Origin: Geopsychrobacteraceae bacterium
GTDB taxonomy: Bacteria > Desulfobacterota > Desulfuromonadia > Desulfuromonadales > Geopsychrobacteraceae
Length of the DNA: 64,000 bases
Assembly (NCBI GenBank): GCA_963676795.2
Contig: CAXXTB010000002.1
Location: forward strand, 160,001-224,000
Direction of reading: 5' to 3'
Under the pieces are notes generated by a model. That model saw only the letters and a program-made list of their open reading frames with translations. It searched no databases and was not told the origin of the DNA. A program made the translations under genes and the position numbers. Positions 48,774-57,845 of the stretch are shown here, piece after piece (within the stretch, counting starts at the first letter, position 1; the number at the start of each line of letters is the position of its first letter).

Positions 48774-50166
48774 AAAATTCGAAGCGGAAACGATGGCGGC
48801 TGCTCTGCAGCAGGTGAAGGAAACCTTGGGCTCGGATGCCCTGATCCTGTCGACCCGGACGATGGGTCGCAAAGGGCTCGGTGTGCTTGGCAAGCAGCTG
48901 ATCGAGGTCACTGCCGCCATTGAATCGCCGGCGATGAAGGCTTCCGCAGCCAGGCTCGATAGTGGCCGTGTTCCGTCCGGCAAGACTCAGGCGCGAATTC
49001 CGGCTGCCTACAGCCAGCGTTTTGACCATCTTGACGATGAGAAGGTCTCCCTGACACGGCCGCTGCGCTCCGAACCTGTCGAGGTCGCCGGCATCCCCCT
49101 CGAGGATGAGGTCAGGGAGCTGCGGGCCAGACTCGAATCTCAGAATTTTGACCAGCTGCAGGCCGAGCTGAGTGAACTGAAGAACCTGCTGCAGAGCCTG
49201 TCTCGCCAGAGTCTTCAGCAGCCAGTGTCCGCACCGCTGGCTCCGGTCGTCGCCGTACCGCAGATTGCCCCGGTTGAGCTTGCTGCGCAGGCGCCTAAGG
49301 CCGCCAGCGAACCGCGCCGTCCGCATATTGCCAAGTCTCCCGTTGCAGCTGCAGCTCCTCAAGGCCTGGATGATCTGGGCCAGTTGCTTGCCGACTGCGG
49401 TATCGACGCGGAAGCCGCAGCGACCATCGCCCGCTTCAGTGCCGCCAAAATGACTGCTGAGCAACGTCAGGACAGCGCGGAATGCCAACGCGTGCTGAGT
49501 TCAACCCTGGCCAGTCTGGTGCAGACCAGCGGGCCGCTGTGGCAACCGGGTCAACCCCAGAAGCGTATCTCGCTGATCGGCGCGACCGGTGTCGGCAAGA
49601 CGACGACGATCGCCAAGCTGGCCGCCGAAGCGATGACCAAAAGCCGGGCCCGTGTTGCCCTGGTGACCATTGACACTTACCGGATCGCCGCTGTCGAGCA
49701 GCTCAAGGTTTACGGCGAAATCATGGGCTTGCCTGTTGAGGTCGTGCTCTCTCCGGACCAGCTGCAGGAGGCTTTTAAGCGTCATGCCGATAAGGATCTG
49801 ATCCTGATCGATACGGCCGGGCGCAGCCCGAAGGATGAGCCGCGCATCGAAGAGCTGAACCTGTTCCTCGGCGAGGGCTCGGGGGTTGAAAACTGTCTGG
49901 TCCTTTCGGCCCCGACCGAAGAGCGCCTGCAGCGTAAAACCCTCAAGGCCTTCAGTAAGCTGCCACTTAAGCGTCTGATCTTCACCAAGCTGGATGAAGC
50001 CGATCGCTGTGGCTCGATGATTAATCTCTCAACCAGCAGCAATCTTCCCCTGGCCTACCTGACCAACGGCCAGAAGGTTCCTGAAGATCTGCTGATGGCC
50101 GCTCCGCAAACCGTTGCCGGGCTGGTCATGGAAGGCGCACAAGCTGAACGGAGGTTGGCGGTATGA
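48763..50166 (+). CDS. flhF: SRP-type GTPase FlhF
   Basis: GATGVGKTTT, DTYRIAA.EQL, DTAG, TKLDE, GQ.VPED. Confidence 0.96.
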   Translation: MLVRKFEAETMAAALQQVKETLGSDALILSTRTMGRKGLGVLGKQLIEVTAAIESPAMKASAARLDSGRVPSGKTQARIPAAYSQRFDHLDDEKVSLTRPLRSEPVEVAGIPLEDEVRELRARLESQNFDQLQAELSELKNLLQSLSRQSLQQPVSAPLAPVVAVPQIAPVELAAQAPKAASEPRRPHIAKSPVAAAAPQGLDDLGQLLADCGIDAEAAATIARFSAAKMTAEQRQDSAECQRVLSSTLASLVQTSGPLWQPGQPQKRISLIGATGVGKTTTIAKLAAEAMTKSRARVALVTIDTYRIAAVEQLKVYGEIMGLPVEVVLSPDQLQEAFKRHADKDLILIDTAGRSPKDEPRIEELNLFLGEGSGVENCLVLSAPTEERLQRKTLKAFSKLPLKRLIFTKLDEADRCGSMINLSTSSNLPLAYLTNGQKVPEDLLMAAPQTVAGLVMEGAQAERRLAV

Positions 50167-51059
50167 TGAGCGGTGTTGATCAGGCAGGGACCTTGCGCAG
50201 CATGCGCGACAAACTTGAGCCAGTGGACAGTGAACTGCACATGGGGACGACCCGGGTTCTGTCTGTGACCAGCGGCAAGGGCGGAGTCGGCAAGACGGCC
50301 GTAACCTCGAACGTTGCGGTGACCCTTGCCCGCCAGGGTTTGAAGGTGCTGGTCATCGACGCCGACCTGGGGCTGGCCAACATCGATGTGGTCCTCGGTC
50401 TGTCACCGACCTACAACCTGAATCATTTCTTCAACGGTGAACGCTCCCTTGAAGAGGTCATGATCGAAGGCCCCTACGGGCTGAAGATCCTGCCCGCCGG
50501 CTCTGGTGTCCAGCAGTATACCCGACTCGACAGCCAGCTGAAGATGCGCCTGATTGAAGCGCTCGACGGCCTTGGCGAGCACTTTGATGTGGTGCTGATC
50601 GATACCGAAGCGGGAATCTCCGACAACGTCACCTATTTCAACGTTGCGGCTCAGGACATCCTGGTCGTGACCACCCCGGAGCCGACCGCGATCACCGACG
50701 CCTACGCGCTGATGAAGCTGCTCTCGACCCAGTACCACCAGAAACGCTTCCTGCTGGTTGTCAACTCGGTGCGCAACGCCGACGAAGGGCTCGATGTCTT
50801 TGAAAAGCTGACCATGGTTTCAGGGCGATACCTCGATATCTATCTCGATTACCTGGGCTGTATCCCCTACGACAAAAAGATGCATGAATCGGTCCGCCAA
50901 CAGAAGGTCATGGTCGATCTGTTTCCCGATCACAAGGTCGCCAGGGCCTTCACCGAGCTGGCCGAGACTCTGGCTGACATGCCGATCAACAATCAGGCGC
51001 AGGGAACTCTGCAATTCTTCTGGAAGCAGTTTCTGGGAGTGGGGACGGAGGTAAGCTGA
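50163..51059 (+). CDS. flhG: MinD-like ATPase FlhG/FleN
   Basis: DQA N-terminal motif, SGKGGVGKT, DADLGLAN. Confidence 0.95.
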   Translation: MMSGVDQAGTLRSMRDKLEPVDSELHMGTTRVLSVTSGKGGVGKTAVTSNVAVTLARQGLKVLVIDADLGLANIDVVLGLSPTYNLNHFFNGERSLEEVMIEGPYGLKILPAGSGVQQYTRLDSQLKMRLIEALDGLGEHFDVVLIDTEAGISDNVTYFNVAAQDILVVTTPEPTAITDAYALMKLLSTQYHQKRFLLVVNSVRNADEGLDVFEKLTMVSGRYLDIYLDYLGCIPYDKKMHESVRQQKVMVDLFPDHKVARAFTELAETLADMPINNQAQGTLQFFWKQFLGVGTEVS

Positions 51060-51814
51060 TGACCAACAGCTATGGCCCGCCGGGAGCTGTCGAGCGGGAA
51101 AAAATGATCGAATCCCATCTGTCGCTGGTCGATTTTCTGGTTGACCGGATGATGACCCAGGTGCCGGCTTTTGTCGACCGTGAGGATATCCGCAGCGCCG
51201 CGCTGATGGGGTTGATGGATGCGGCCAACCGCTTCGACCCGCGCCGTGGCGTTCTGTTCAAGACCTTTGCCGAACGGCGGATCCGCGGTTCGGTGTTCGA
51301 TGAGGTCAGACGCATGGACTGGTTCTCCAGAACCTTGAGAGAGAAGCAGTCGCGGCTGTCAAGGGCGACTGAAGATCTGGCCAAAAGACTCGGACGCACC
51401 CCGGAGGATCCCGAACTGGCCGAGTATCTGGAGATGACCCTGGACGATTTCCGTGAGCTGCAGCTGCAGGTCAGTCAGCTCGGTTATGTCAGCCTGAACG
51501 AAAATCTCGATGAGGACGACACCAACAGTCAGTCGTTTATCGACAATCTGGAAGATACCAGCCTGGTCAGTGTTCAGGAACGGATGGAAGCCAACGAACT
51601 GACCAGGGAACTTGCCGGTTATCTCGAGCAGCTGTCCGATAAGGAGCGGTTGGTCATTGCCCTGCTCTACTACGAGGAGCTGTCCCAGAAGGAGATCTCT
51701 GAAGTTCTGGAGCTGTCGGAAGGGCGGATCTCCCAGCTGCACAGCCAGGCTCTGAGCAAGCTCAAAGGCAAGATGCGCCGCAGTATCTATGCCCAGCGCG
51801 GAGAGCAGGGATGA
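51059..51814 (+). CDS. fliA: Flagellar sigma factor FliA (sigma28)
   Basis: RRIRG...DE.R..DW, LYYEEL...EI..VL..SE.RISQLHS. Confidence 0.96.
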   Translation: MTNSYGPPGAVEREKMIESHLSLVDFLVDRMMTQVPAFVDREDIRSAALMGLMDAANRFDPRRGVLFKTFAERRIRGSVFDEVRRMDWFSRTLREKQSRLSRATEDLAKRLGRTPEDPELAEYLEMTLDDFRELQLQVSQLGYVSLNENLDEDDTNSQSFIDNLEDTSLVSVQERMEANELTRELAGYLEQLSDKERLVIALLYYEELSQKEISEVLELSEGRISQLHSQALSKLKGKMRRSIYAQRGEQG

Positions 51815-52179
51815 TGTCTGTCGGACTCTGGCTGACCTGTGCGGCGCTCTTTGTTGCACTTGCGGCGCTGCTGTTGAGTGTTTTCCTGCTGAGCGGGCAG
51901 CGACAGCTCAGGCTCCAGATCCGTGAGCTGGAAAGCAAAGAGAAGGAGCCGTCACGCGAGAGTTTCGATGCGCGTCTCGTGGTGGCCGAGGAAGAGTACC
52001 ATCGGCAGCTGGCGACAGGCGCCGGGACCGCAGAAAAGTATCGTCTCGTCGAGGTCCTCTCCAGTCAGGGGCGCAGCAACGGCGAGATCGCCGAGCAACT
52101 CAGGATGTCGGACAGTGAAGTTGCCCAGCTGCTCAGTCTGGTCCGCTTGAAGCAGAACCACAATCAGGCCGGACACTAA
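51811..52179 (+). CDS. Small membrane-anchored protein with C-terminal HTH-like region (DUF2802/DUF6115-like)
   Basis: N-terminal TM; G.S..EIA..L.MS..EV.L motif; follows fliA. Confidence 0.6.
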   Translation: MMSVGLWLTCAALFVALAALLLSVFLLSGQRQLRLQIRELESKEKEPSRESFDARLVVAEEEYHRQLATGAGTAEKYRLVEVLSSQGRSNGEIAEQLRMSDSEVAQLLSLVRLKQNHNQAGH

Positions 52180-52204
52180 AGAAATGACGAGAAGCTGTCG
52201 ACAA
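52177..52204 (+). promoter_or_regulatory. Possible sigma28 promoter for flgF
   Basis: TAAA-N16-GTCGACAA. Confidence 0.4.
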
Positions 52205-52206
52205 GA

Positions 52207-52959
52207 ATGGCAGATCAAGATGGAGTCTTAACCATGCCGAGTGGAAAATATGGAGCCATATCCGGTGCCGTAGGGCGGATGGAGATGCTGGACAGGATCA
52301 GTGAGCATCTGGCTGCGGCCAAGACCCCCGGCTACAAGAAGGGGGTATCAACCTTCGCGGCCAAGCTGGGGGAAGCGACCTCGGGGATGGCAACCAGTGC
52401 GACCAACTATACGCAGGTGACCAGGGAAGAGATCGATTTCACCCATGGGGTCATGGAATACAGTGGTGATCCCCTTGATCTGGCGATCAACGGAGAAGGT
52501 TTCTTTCAGATACAGCGTCCCGACGGAACCCTTGGTTACACGCGTAAAGGGAATTTTCAGCTTACCGGCGAGGGGCAGCTGGTCGACAGCAACGGCTTTC
52601 CGCTGATGGGAGCCGGCGGGCCGATCACCCTGACCACCTCGGATGTCGACATCCTTCCCGATGGTTCGATCTGGGAAGGGGAACAGCAGCGTGGCCAGAT
52701 ACCGCTCTATCAGTTTGAGGATACCTCGATTCTGGAACGCGCCGGCAATGAACTGTTCGTCGCCTCAGACGGAAGTCAGCCGACGCTGATGGCACAGCCG
52801 GAGATGGTCCAGAAAAACCTCGAGACCTCGAATGTCGACATGATGCGTGAAATGATGCATATGACGACCAATATGCGCGCTTTCGAGGCGACCCAGAAGG
52901 CCTTGAGGATTTACAGCGATATGAATGCCAAGGCCTCGGACATCGGCCTGGTTCAATAA
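52207..52959 (+). CDS. flgF: Basal-body rod protein FlgF (start may be 52234)
   Basis: TPGYK, DLAINGEGFF, YTRKGNF, LETSNV; precedes flgG. Confidence 0.9.
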   Translation: MADQDGVLTMPSGKYGAISGAVGRMEMLDRISEHLAAAKTPGYKKGVSTFAAKLGEATSGMATSATNYTQVTREEIDFTHGVMEYSGDPLDLAINGEGFFQIQRPDGTLGYTRKGNFQLTGEGQLVDSNGFPLMGAGGPITLTTSDVDILPDGSIWEGEQQRGQIPLYQFEDTSILERAGNELFVASDGSQPTLMAQPEMVQKNLETSNVDMMREMMHMTTNMRAFEATQKALRIYSDMNAKASDIGLVQ

Positions 52960-52981
52960 GGATTGACCTAAGGAGTCAGCA

Positions 52982-53767
52982 ATGATCAGAGCACTTTGGA
53001 CAGCTTCAACCGGGATGCAGGCCCAGCAGTTAAATATGGACGTTATCGCCAACAACCTGGCCAACGTCAACAGCTCCGGTTTCAAGAAAAGTCGTCCCGA
53101 TTTTCAGGATATCCTCTATCAGACCACCAAGGCGGCCGGTACCGGCGCCGCTGGAGGGGAAACCCCGACCGGTGTTCAGGTCGGTCTCGGTGCCAGGGTC
53201 GCTTCGGTGACCAAGGTGTTTACCACTGGCGATTTCCAGCAGACCGAGAACGAGCTGGATGTAGCCATCGAAGGGAGCGGTTTCTTTCAGGTGACCCTGC
53301 CTGACGGGACCGACGCTTATACCCGCTCCGGTGCGCTCAAGAAGGACAGCACCGGCCAGCTGGTGACTTCGGACGGCTATCCGATCGTGCCGCAGATCGT
53401 TATCCCGGAGAATACGACCGCGGTGACGATTACCAGTGACGGTACCGTCAGTGTCCTGCTCGATGGCCAGAGTGTTCCGACCGAGGTCGGTAACTTCGAG
53501 CTGATCCGCTTCGGCAACCCTTCCGGGCTGAAGAGCCTGGGGCGCAATCTCTACGCGGAAACACCGACCACCGGTGCCCCGGTTGCCGGGACCCCGGGAA
53601 GCGAAGGCTTCGGCACCCTGTCGCAGGGCTTTCTTGAAGGGTCGAACGTCAACATCATGGAAGAGATGGTCAATATGATCGCCGGCCAGCGCGCCTATGA
53701 GGTCAACTCCAAGGCGATTACTACAGCCGACCAGATGCTGGAAATGACCTCGCAGCTGGTTCGTTAA
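52982..53767 (+). CDS. flgG: Distal rod protein FlgG
   Basis: IANNLANVN, FQDILYQ, QRAYEVNSK. Confidence 0.97.
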   Translation: MIRALWTASTGMQAQQLNMDVIANNLANVNSSGFKKSRPDFQDILYQTTKAAGTGAAGGETPTGVQVGLGARVASVTKVFTTGDFQQTENELDVAIEGSGFFQVTLPDGTDAYTRSGALKKDSTGQLVTSDGYPIVPQIVIPENTTAVTITSDGTVSVLLDGQSVPTEVGNFELIRFGNPSGLKSLGRNLYAETPTTGAPVAGTPGSEGFGTLSQGFLEGSNVNIMEEMVNMIAGQRAYEVNSKAITTADQMLEMTSQLVR

Positions 53768-53776
53768 GGTAAGCAT

Positions 53777-54481
53777 ATGAAGAGCTTGGCCCAGTTGATA
53801 GTTCTGCTGTTTTTCTGTTCATCGGTTTTCGCCGCCCAGCCGGGTGTGCTGATCGACAGGCAGGAAATGTTACAGCTGGTGAACGATTATCTGGCCGACC
53901 AGTCACGACAACTTCCGAATGTTCAGCTGAAGCTTGCCGATGCTTCGTTCCCTGCCGCGTTTGAGGTTCCGCAGGGGCGCATTGAGCATCAGCTGATCCC
54001 CTCCCGTCCTGGCGTTATCGGCAGCAGCAGGTTGACCCTGATGACCAGGGTCGATGGCCAGATTGTCGCCAACCAGTCGATCCGCGTCGACCTGCAGGCC
54101 CTGGCCGAGGTCGTTGTGGCCAGTGAAAACCTGACCCGCGGCGAGTTGCTCGATGCCGGGCGGGTCGAGCTGGTCTATCTGGATATCTCCAGGCTGCGTG
54201 GACCGATTTTCAGCGTCGAAGATGTCGTCGGCAAGCGGGTCAAGCGTTCCGTACGGCTCGGCGATGTTCTCGAACAGCAGCAGGTGGAGTTTCCTCCTGT
54301 GGTCAAGCGTGGTGAGCGGGTGACGATTCAGGCTCACGGCCGTGGCCTGGTGCTGACCGCCGTCGGCGAAGCCAAACAGGATGGTCGTATCGGAGAATCG
54401 ATCCGGGTGCTCAACAGCGGCTCGCGCAATGAGGTGCTCTGCCAGGTGGTTGCTCCCGGTCAGGTTCAGGTGGAGTTTTAG
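53777..54481 (+). CDS. flgA: P-ring chaperone FlgA
   Basis: Signal peptide, SAF domain, VKRG..V...GEA..DG..G..IRV.N..S. Confidence 0.93.
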   Translation: MKSLAQLIVLLFFCSSVFAAQPGVLIDRQEMLQLVNDYLADQSRQLPNVQLKLADASFPAAFEVPQGRIEHQLIPSRPGVIGSSRLTLMTRVDGQIVANQSIRVDLQALAEVVVASENLTRGELLDAGRVELVYLDISRLRGPIFSVEDVVGKRVKRSVRLGDVLEQQQVEFPPVVKRGERVTIQAHGRGLVLTAVGEAKQDGRIGESIRVLNSGSRNEVLCQVVAPGQVQVEF

Positions 54482-54482
54482 G

Positions 54483-55160
54483 ATGAAATATCTCGCTCTT
54501 TTAGTTCTGGGTGCCCTGCTCGGTGCCTGTGCAGGCCCTGCGGCCAATGTCGATCTCGATGTCAAGCCGGTAGAGCCGATCGTCACCGAGATTCCAATGC
54601 CGAAATCGACGGGTTCGCTGTGGACCGAACCGCGCGGCACCATGTTCCTTGATAACAAGGGGCGCGCCGTCGGCGATATCGTCACCGTAGTGATTTCGGA
54701 AAGCGCCAGCGCCAGTAAGGAAGCGACCACCTCGACGGGACGTTCAAGTGACATGTCGGCCGGCATTACAAGTCTGCTGGGGCTGGAAAGATCGATCAGC
54801 CAGGCAACCAGTATGGATCCTTCCGCTCTGGTTGATGCGAGCACCAGTAACTCGTTCTCCGGCAGCGGCAAAACGGCGCGCAAGGAAAATCTGGTCGCAA
54901 CCCTGACCACCCAGGTTATAGAAGTGATGCCGAACGGCAACCTGCGCATCGAGGGGAATAAGACGGTCACGGTCAACAGTGAGATGCAGATCGTGACCCT
55001 GAGCGGGATCGTGCGCTCCAGCGATATCACCCCGGGGAACCTGGTCGATTCGGCTGATGTGCTCAATGCTCGGATCGCCTACGTCGGCAAAGGGGTGATC
55101 AGCGACAAGCAGCAGCAGGGGTGGTTGGTCCGCGGCCTGGACGCAGTATGGCCGTTTTAG
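54483..55160 (+). CDS. flgH: L-ring protein FlgH
   Basis: Lipobox LGAC, VGDIVTV.I.E, PNGNL.IEG, GW......WPF. Confidence 0.96.
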   Translation: MKYLALLVLGALLGACAGPAANVDLDVKPVEPIVTEIPMPKSTGSLWTEPRGTMFLDNKGRAVGDIVTVVISESASASKEATTSTGRSSDMSAGITSLLGLERSISQATSMDPSALVDASTSNSFSGSGKTARKENLVATLTTQVIEVMPNGNLRIEGNKTVTVNSEMQIVTLSGIVRSSDITPGNLVDSADVLNARIAYVGKGVISDKQQQGWLVRGLDAVWPF

Positions 55161-55166
55161 GGGTAG

Positions 55167-55286
55167 GGCCGATGAGAAGCACCCATCTGCGGCGTTGCCC
55201 TTGCTTCGGCTCAACGACGTAGCTGGCGCTACGCCTTATTCGCCGAATCTGCGAGCGCCTTGCATCTTGGCAGTTTTGATCGGCCT
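55167..55286. repeat. Palindromic MITE/REP-like insertion between flgH and flgI
   Basis: Imperfect terminal inverted repeats GGCCGATGAGAAG/GTTTTGATCGGCC and central CGTAGC-tggc-GCTACG hairpin. Confidence 0.55.
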
Positions 55287-55346
55287 CGGTAGGGGCGTGG
55301 AAAATTAAGGAAGCAAAGCTCTGTCAGAATTAAGTGGGAGCTCGTT

Positions 55347-56462
55347 ATGGTAAATCGAATTTCTGTCAACAAAGTCATCATCACTCTGCTCGTACTCTGG
55401 GCGGTTGTTCTGCTTTCGACGGCGGATGCCTCGCGGATCAAGGAACTGGCCCAGATTGAAGGGGTACGGGCCAACCAGCTGGTCGGCTACGGCCTGGTGG
55501 TCGGTCTGAACGGCACCGGCGACAGCGCCAGTACCGAATTCACCGTACAGTCGCTGGCCAATATGATGGAACGGCTCGGGGTGACCGTCGATCCTGAAGC
55601 AGTCACCGTCGAAAATGTCGCTGCTGTCATGGTCACTGCGGAGCTTCCGGCTTTTGCCCGGGCCGGAAGTTCGATCGATGTCACCGTCTCGTCGATCGGC
55701 GATGCGGAGAATCTGGCCGGCGGGACTTTGCTGATGACACCGCTCAAGGCGGGGGACGGTCAGGTCTATGCCGTCGCTCAGGGGGCGCTGGTAGTCGGCT
55801 CGCTGGCTTTCGGCGGCAAGGCCGCCAAAGTGCAGAAGAACCATCCGACCGCTGGCCGTATTCCGGGCGGGGCTTTTGTCGAGCGGGAGGTCCCTTTTGT
55901 CTTCGGCCAGGACTCGGCATTGAACTATCGCCTCAAGGATGCCGATTTTACCACCATGTCACGGATGACTGCGGCGGTGAACAGTCATTTCGGTGGCCCC
56001 TATGCGAAAGCGCTCGATGGCGGTGAGATGACCGTCCAGATTCCGAAAAGTTACCAGAATAATATCGTCGCTTTTGTCGCCGATCTGGAACGCCTGGAAG
56101 TGGCCCCGGATACCCTGGCGCGGATTGTTGTCAACGAAAAGACCGGTACTATCGTCATGGGTGAAAATGTCAGAATTTCGACAGTGGCGGTTTCTCACGG
56201 CAATCTCAGTCTGATTATCAGTGAATCCGAAGATGTCTCTCAGCCGGCCCCCTTTTCCGAGGGAGAAACGGTTGTTTCCCCGCAGACTCAGGTCGGTGTG
56301 ACCGAGGAAGACGGTGAGCTGGTGGTCCTCCAGCAGGGGGTCAGTATCGGTGATGTCGCCTCTGCCCTGAATGCGATCGGTGCCTCTCCGCGCGACCTGA
56401 TTGCCATCTTTCAGGCGATCAAGGCAGCCGGTGCCATGTATGCTGACCTCGTAGTTCTGTAA
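55347..56462 (+). CDS. flgI: P-ring protein FlgI
   Basis: GVRANQLVGYGLVVGL.GTGD, NEKTGTIVMG. Confidence 0.97.
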   Translation: MVNRISVNKVIITLLVLWAVVLLSTADASRIKELAQIEGVRANQLVGYGLVVGLNGTGDSASTEFTVQSLANMMERLGVTVDPEAVTVENVAAVMVTAELPAFARAGSSIDVTVSSIGDAENLAGGTLLMTPLKAGDGQVYAVAQGALVVGSLAFGGKAAKVQKNHPTAGRIPGGAFVEREVPFVFGQDSALNYRLKDADFTTMSRMTAAVNSHFGGPYAKALDGGEMTVQIPKSYQNNIVAFVADLERLEVAPDTLARIVVNEKTGTIVMGENVRISTVAVSHGNLSLIISESEDVSQPAPFSEGETVVSPQTQVGVTEEDGELVVLQQGVSIGDVASALNAIGASPRDLIAIFQAIKAAGAMYADLVVL

Positions 56463-56482
56463 GCCGTTGCTTACAGAACCAC

Positions 56483-56513
56483 GAGATTTCAAATTTGAAA
56501 TCTCAGATTTCAG
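56483..56513. repeat. Four-unit heptamer tract between flgI and flgJ
   Basis: ATTTCAA ATTTGAA ATCTCAG ATTTCAG (56486-56513), overlapping a perfect 22-bp palindrome GAGATTTCAAATTTGAAATCTC (56483-56504). Confidence 0.8.
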
Positions 56514-56526
56514 ATAAGGTCGAATT

Positions 56527-56829
56527 ATGGATCACAATATTGATGCTGCCCAGCTGATCAGCCAGACAACCAGCCAGACTCCCAGGGTGAGTAAAGGGCA
56601 GGATCCGGAAAAACTCAAGGAGGTCTGCCAGCAGTTCGAGGCGATCTTTATTCAGCAGATCTACAAGGAGATGCGCAATACCATCCCGAATGAGGGGTAT
56701 ATCCCGCGCGGCAATGCGGATGACATGTATGCTCAGCTCCAGGATATGGAAGCGGCAAAAATAACCGCCGAGCGTGGCGGGATCGGCCTTGCCGAGATGA
56801 TGATGCAGCAGTTAATGGATGAAGAATGA
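56527..56829 (+). CDS. flgJ: FlgJ rod-binding protein (no muramidase domain)
   Basis: QQFEAIF....KEMR, GIGLA.MM..QL. Confidence 0.88.
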   Translation: MDHNIDAAQLISQTTSQTPRVSKGQDPEKLKEVCQQFEAIFIQQIYKEMRNTIPNEGYIPRGNADDMYAQLQDMEAAKITAERGGIGLAEMMMQQLMDEE

Positions 56830-56940
56830 CCCAGCGAAAGCTCTGTGAGAGCTGGCGCAAGGTCATTTTTGCTGTTGGTTCTGGTCGCACTGCCTGTAAC
56901 GAATCCGTTACCTTTTGAAAGAATCCTTACAAAAAATCCC

Positions 56941-56968
56941 TAAAGAAACGCGCCCGATGAGTCGATAT
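56941..56968 (+). promoter_or_regulatory. Sigma28 promoter for the orf-flgM-flgN-flgKL operon
   Basis: TAAA-N16-GTCGATAT upstream of late flagellar genes. Confidence 0.6.
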
Positions 56969-57000
56969 AGTTCCAAGGAGTAATCATGGAGGATTAAACG

Positions 57001-57540
57001 ATGGAACGTATCGACAGTACACAATCGTCAGCTCCGCTTGCAACCACATCGCAGGAAGCGAATAAAAACAATAAGTTAGAAAAGGAATCAGCGCCCATTG
57101 AGGATCGCGTGACCTTGAGTGAGCCTGGCTCCGCCGGGCAGACTTACGGCCCCGGGTTCAAAGTCGGTTCCGCTTATGATCTGTTGCGTAACCTGGTGAT
57201 CAAGACCCTTCAGGATCAGGGGGTACAGGTTCAGGTCAGTACCGGTGATACGACGATCGATCTGACGACCCTCTCTCCGGAAGAAGCCCAGAACCTGATC
57301 TCCGACGATGGCTACTTCGGCGTCGAAAAAACCTCTCAGCGGATCGTTGATTTTGCCATCAATGCCTTTGGTGGCGATCCGGCCCGGCTGCAGGAGATGA
57401 AAGACGCAATCGATCAGGGGTTCGCTGCTGCCCAGGACGCTTTCGGTGGAGAGTTGCCGGAAATTTCTCAGCAGACTTACGAAGCGATTATGGATAAACT
57501 GGATGCCTTTGCAACCCAGTTTGGGAATAACGAGGAATAG
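57001..57540 (+). CDS. Hypothetical flagellar-region protein (DUF5610-like)
   Basis: GGAGG RBS; GYFGVEKTSQRIVDFA...IDQGF..A motif. Confidence 0.7.
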   Translation: MERIDSTQSSAPLATTSQEANKNNKLEKESAPIEDRVTLSEPGSAGQTYGPGFKVGSAYDLLRNLVIKTLQDQGVQVQVSTGDTTIDLTTLSPEEAQNLISDDGYFGVEKTSQRIVDFAINAFGGDPARLQEMKDAIDQGFAAAQDAFGGELPEISQQTYEAIMDKLDAFATQFGNNEE

Positions 57541-57549
57541 GAGGCCGTC

Positions 57550-57843
57550 ATGGTCGATAAAATCTACGGTGGAAAAGGGTTCGCCCCGCTCGGTTCGGTC
57601 GGTTATGCCGGCAAGGCCGGTGTGACCAAGAAATCCGACACCGGCGTCAAGACTGGGGACCGGGTCGATTTTTCCAGTGCTTTGCAAGAGGCCTCTAAGG
57701 CTCAGGAGAGCAGCTCTATGCAGGAAACAGCCAGAGCAGAAAGAATTCAGGCGCTCAAAAGCCAGATCGAGAATGGCACTTATCAGCCTGACCTTGAAAA
57801 GGTCGCCTCCAGTCTGCTGCCGTTCATCATGAAGGATGTCTGA
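57550..57843 (+). CDS. flgM: Anti-sigma28 factor FlgM
   Basis: DRVDFS, R.ERIQALKSQIENGTY.PD. Confidence 0.93.
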   Translation: MVDKIYGGKGFAPLGSVGYAGKAGVTKKSDTGVKTGDRVDFSSALQEASKAQESSSMQETARAERIQALKSQIENGTYQPDLEKVASSLLPFIMKDV

Positions 57844-57845
57844 AA

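Noticed and set aside
56467..56517. 16-codon TTG ORF LLTEPRDFKFEISDFR echoing the fliI-fliJ micro-ORF
   Set aside because: No RBS and a weak start codon. The shared KFEISDFR follows simply from the heptamer DNA motif.
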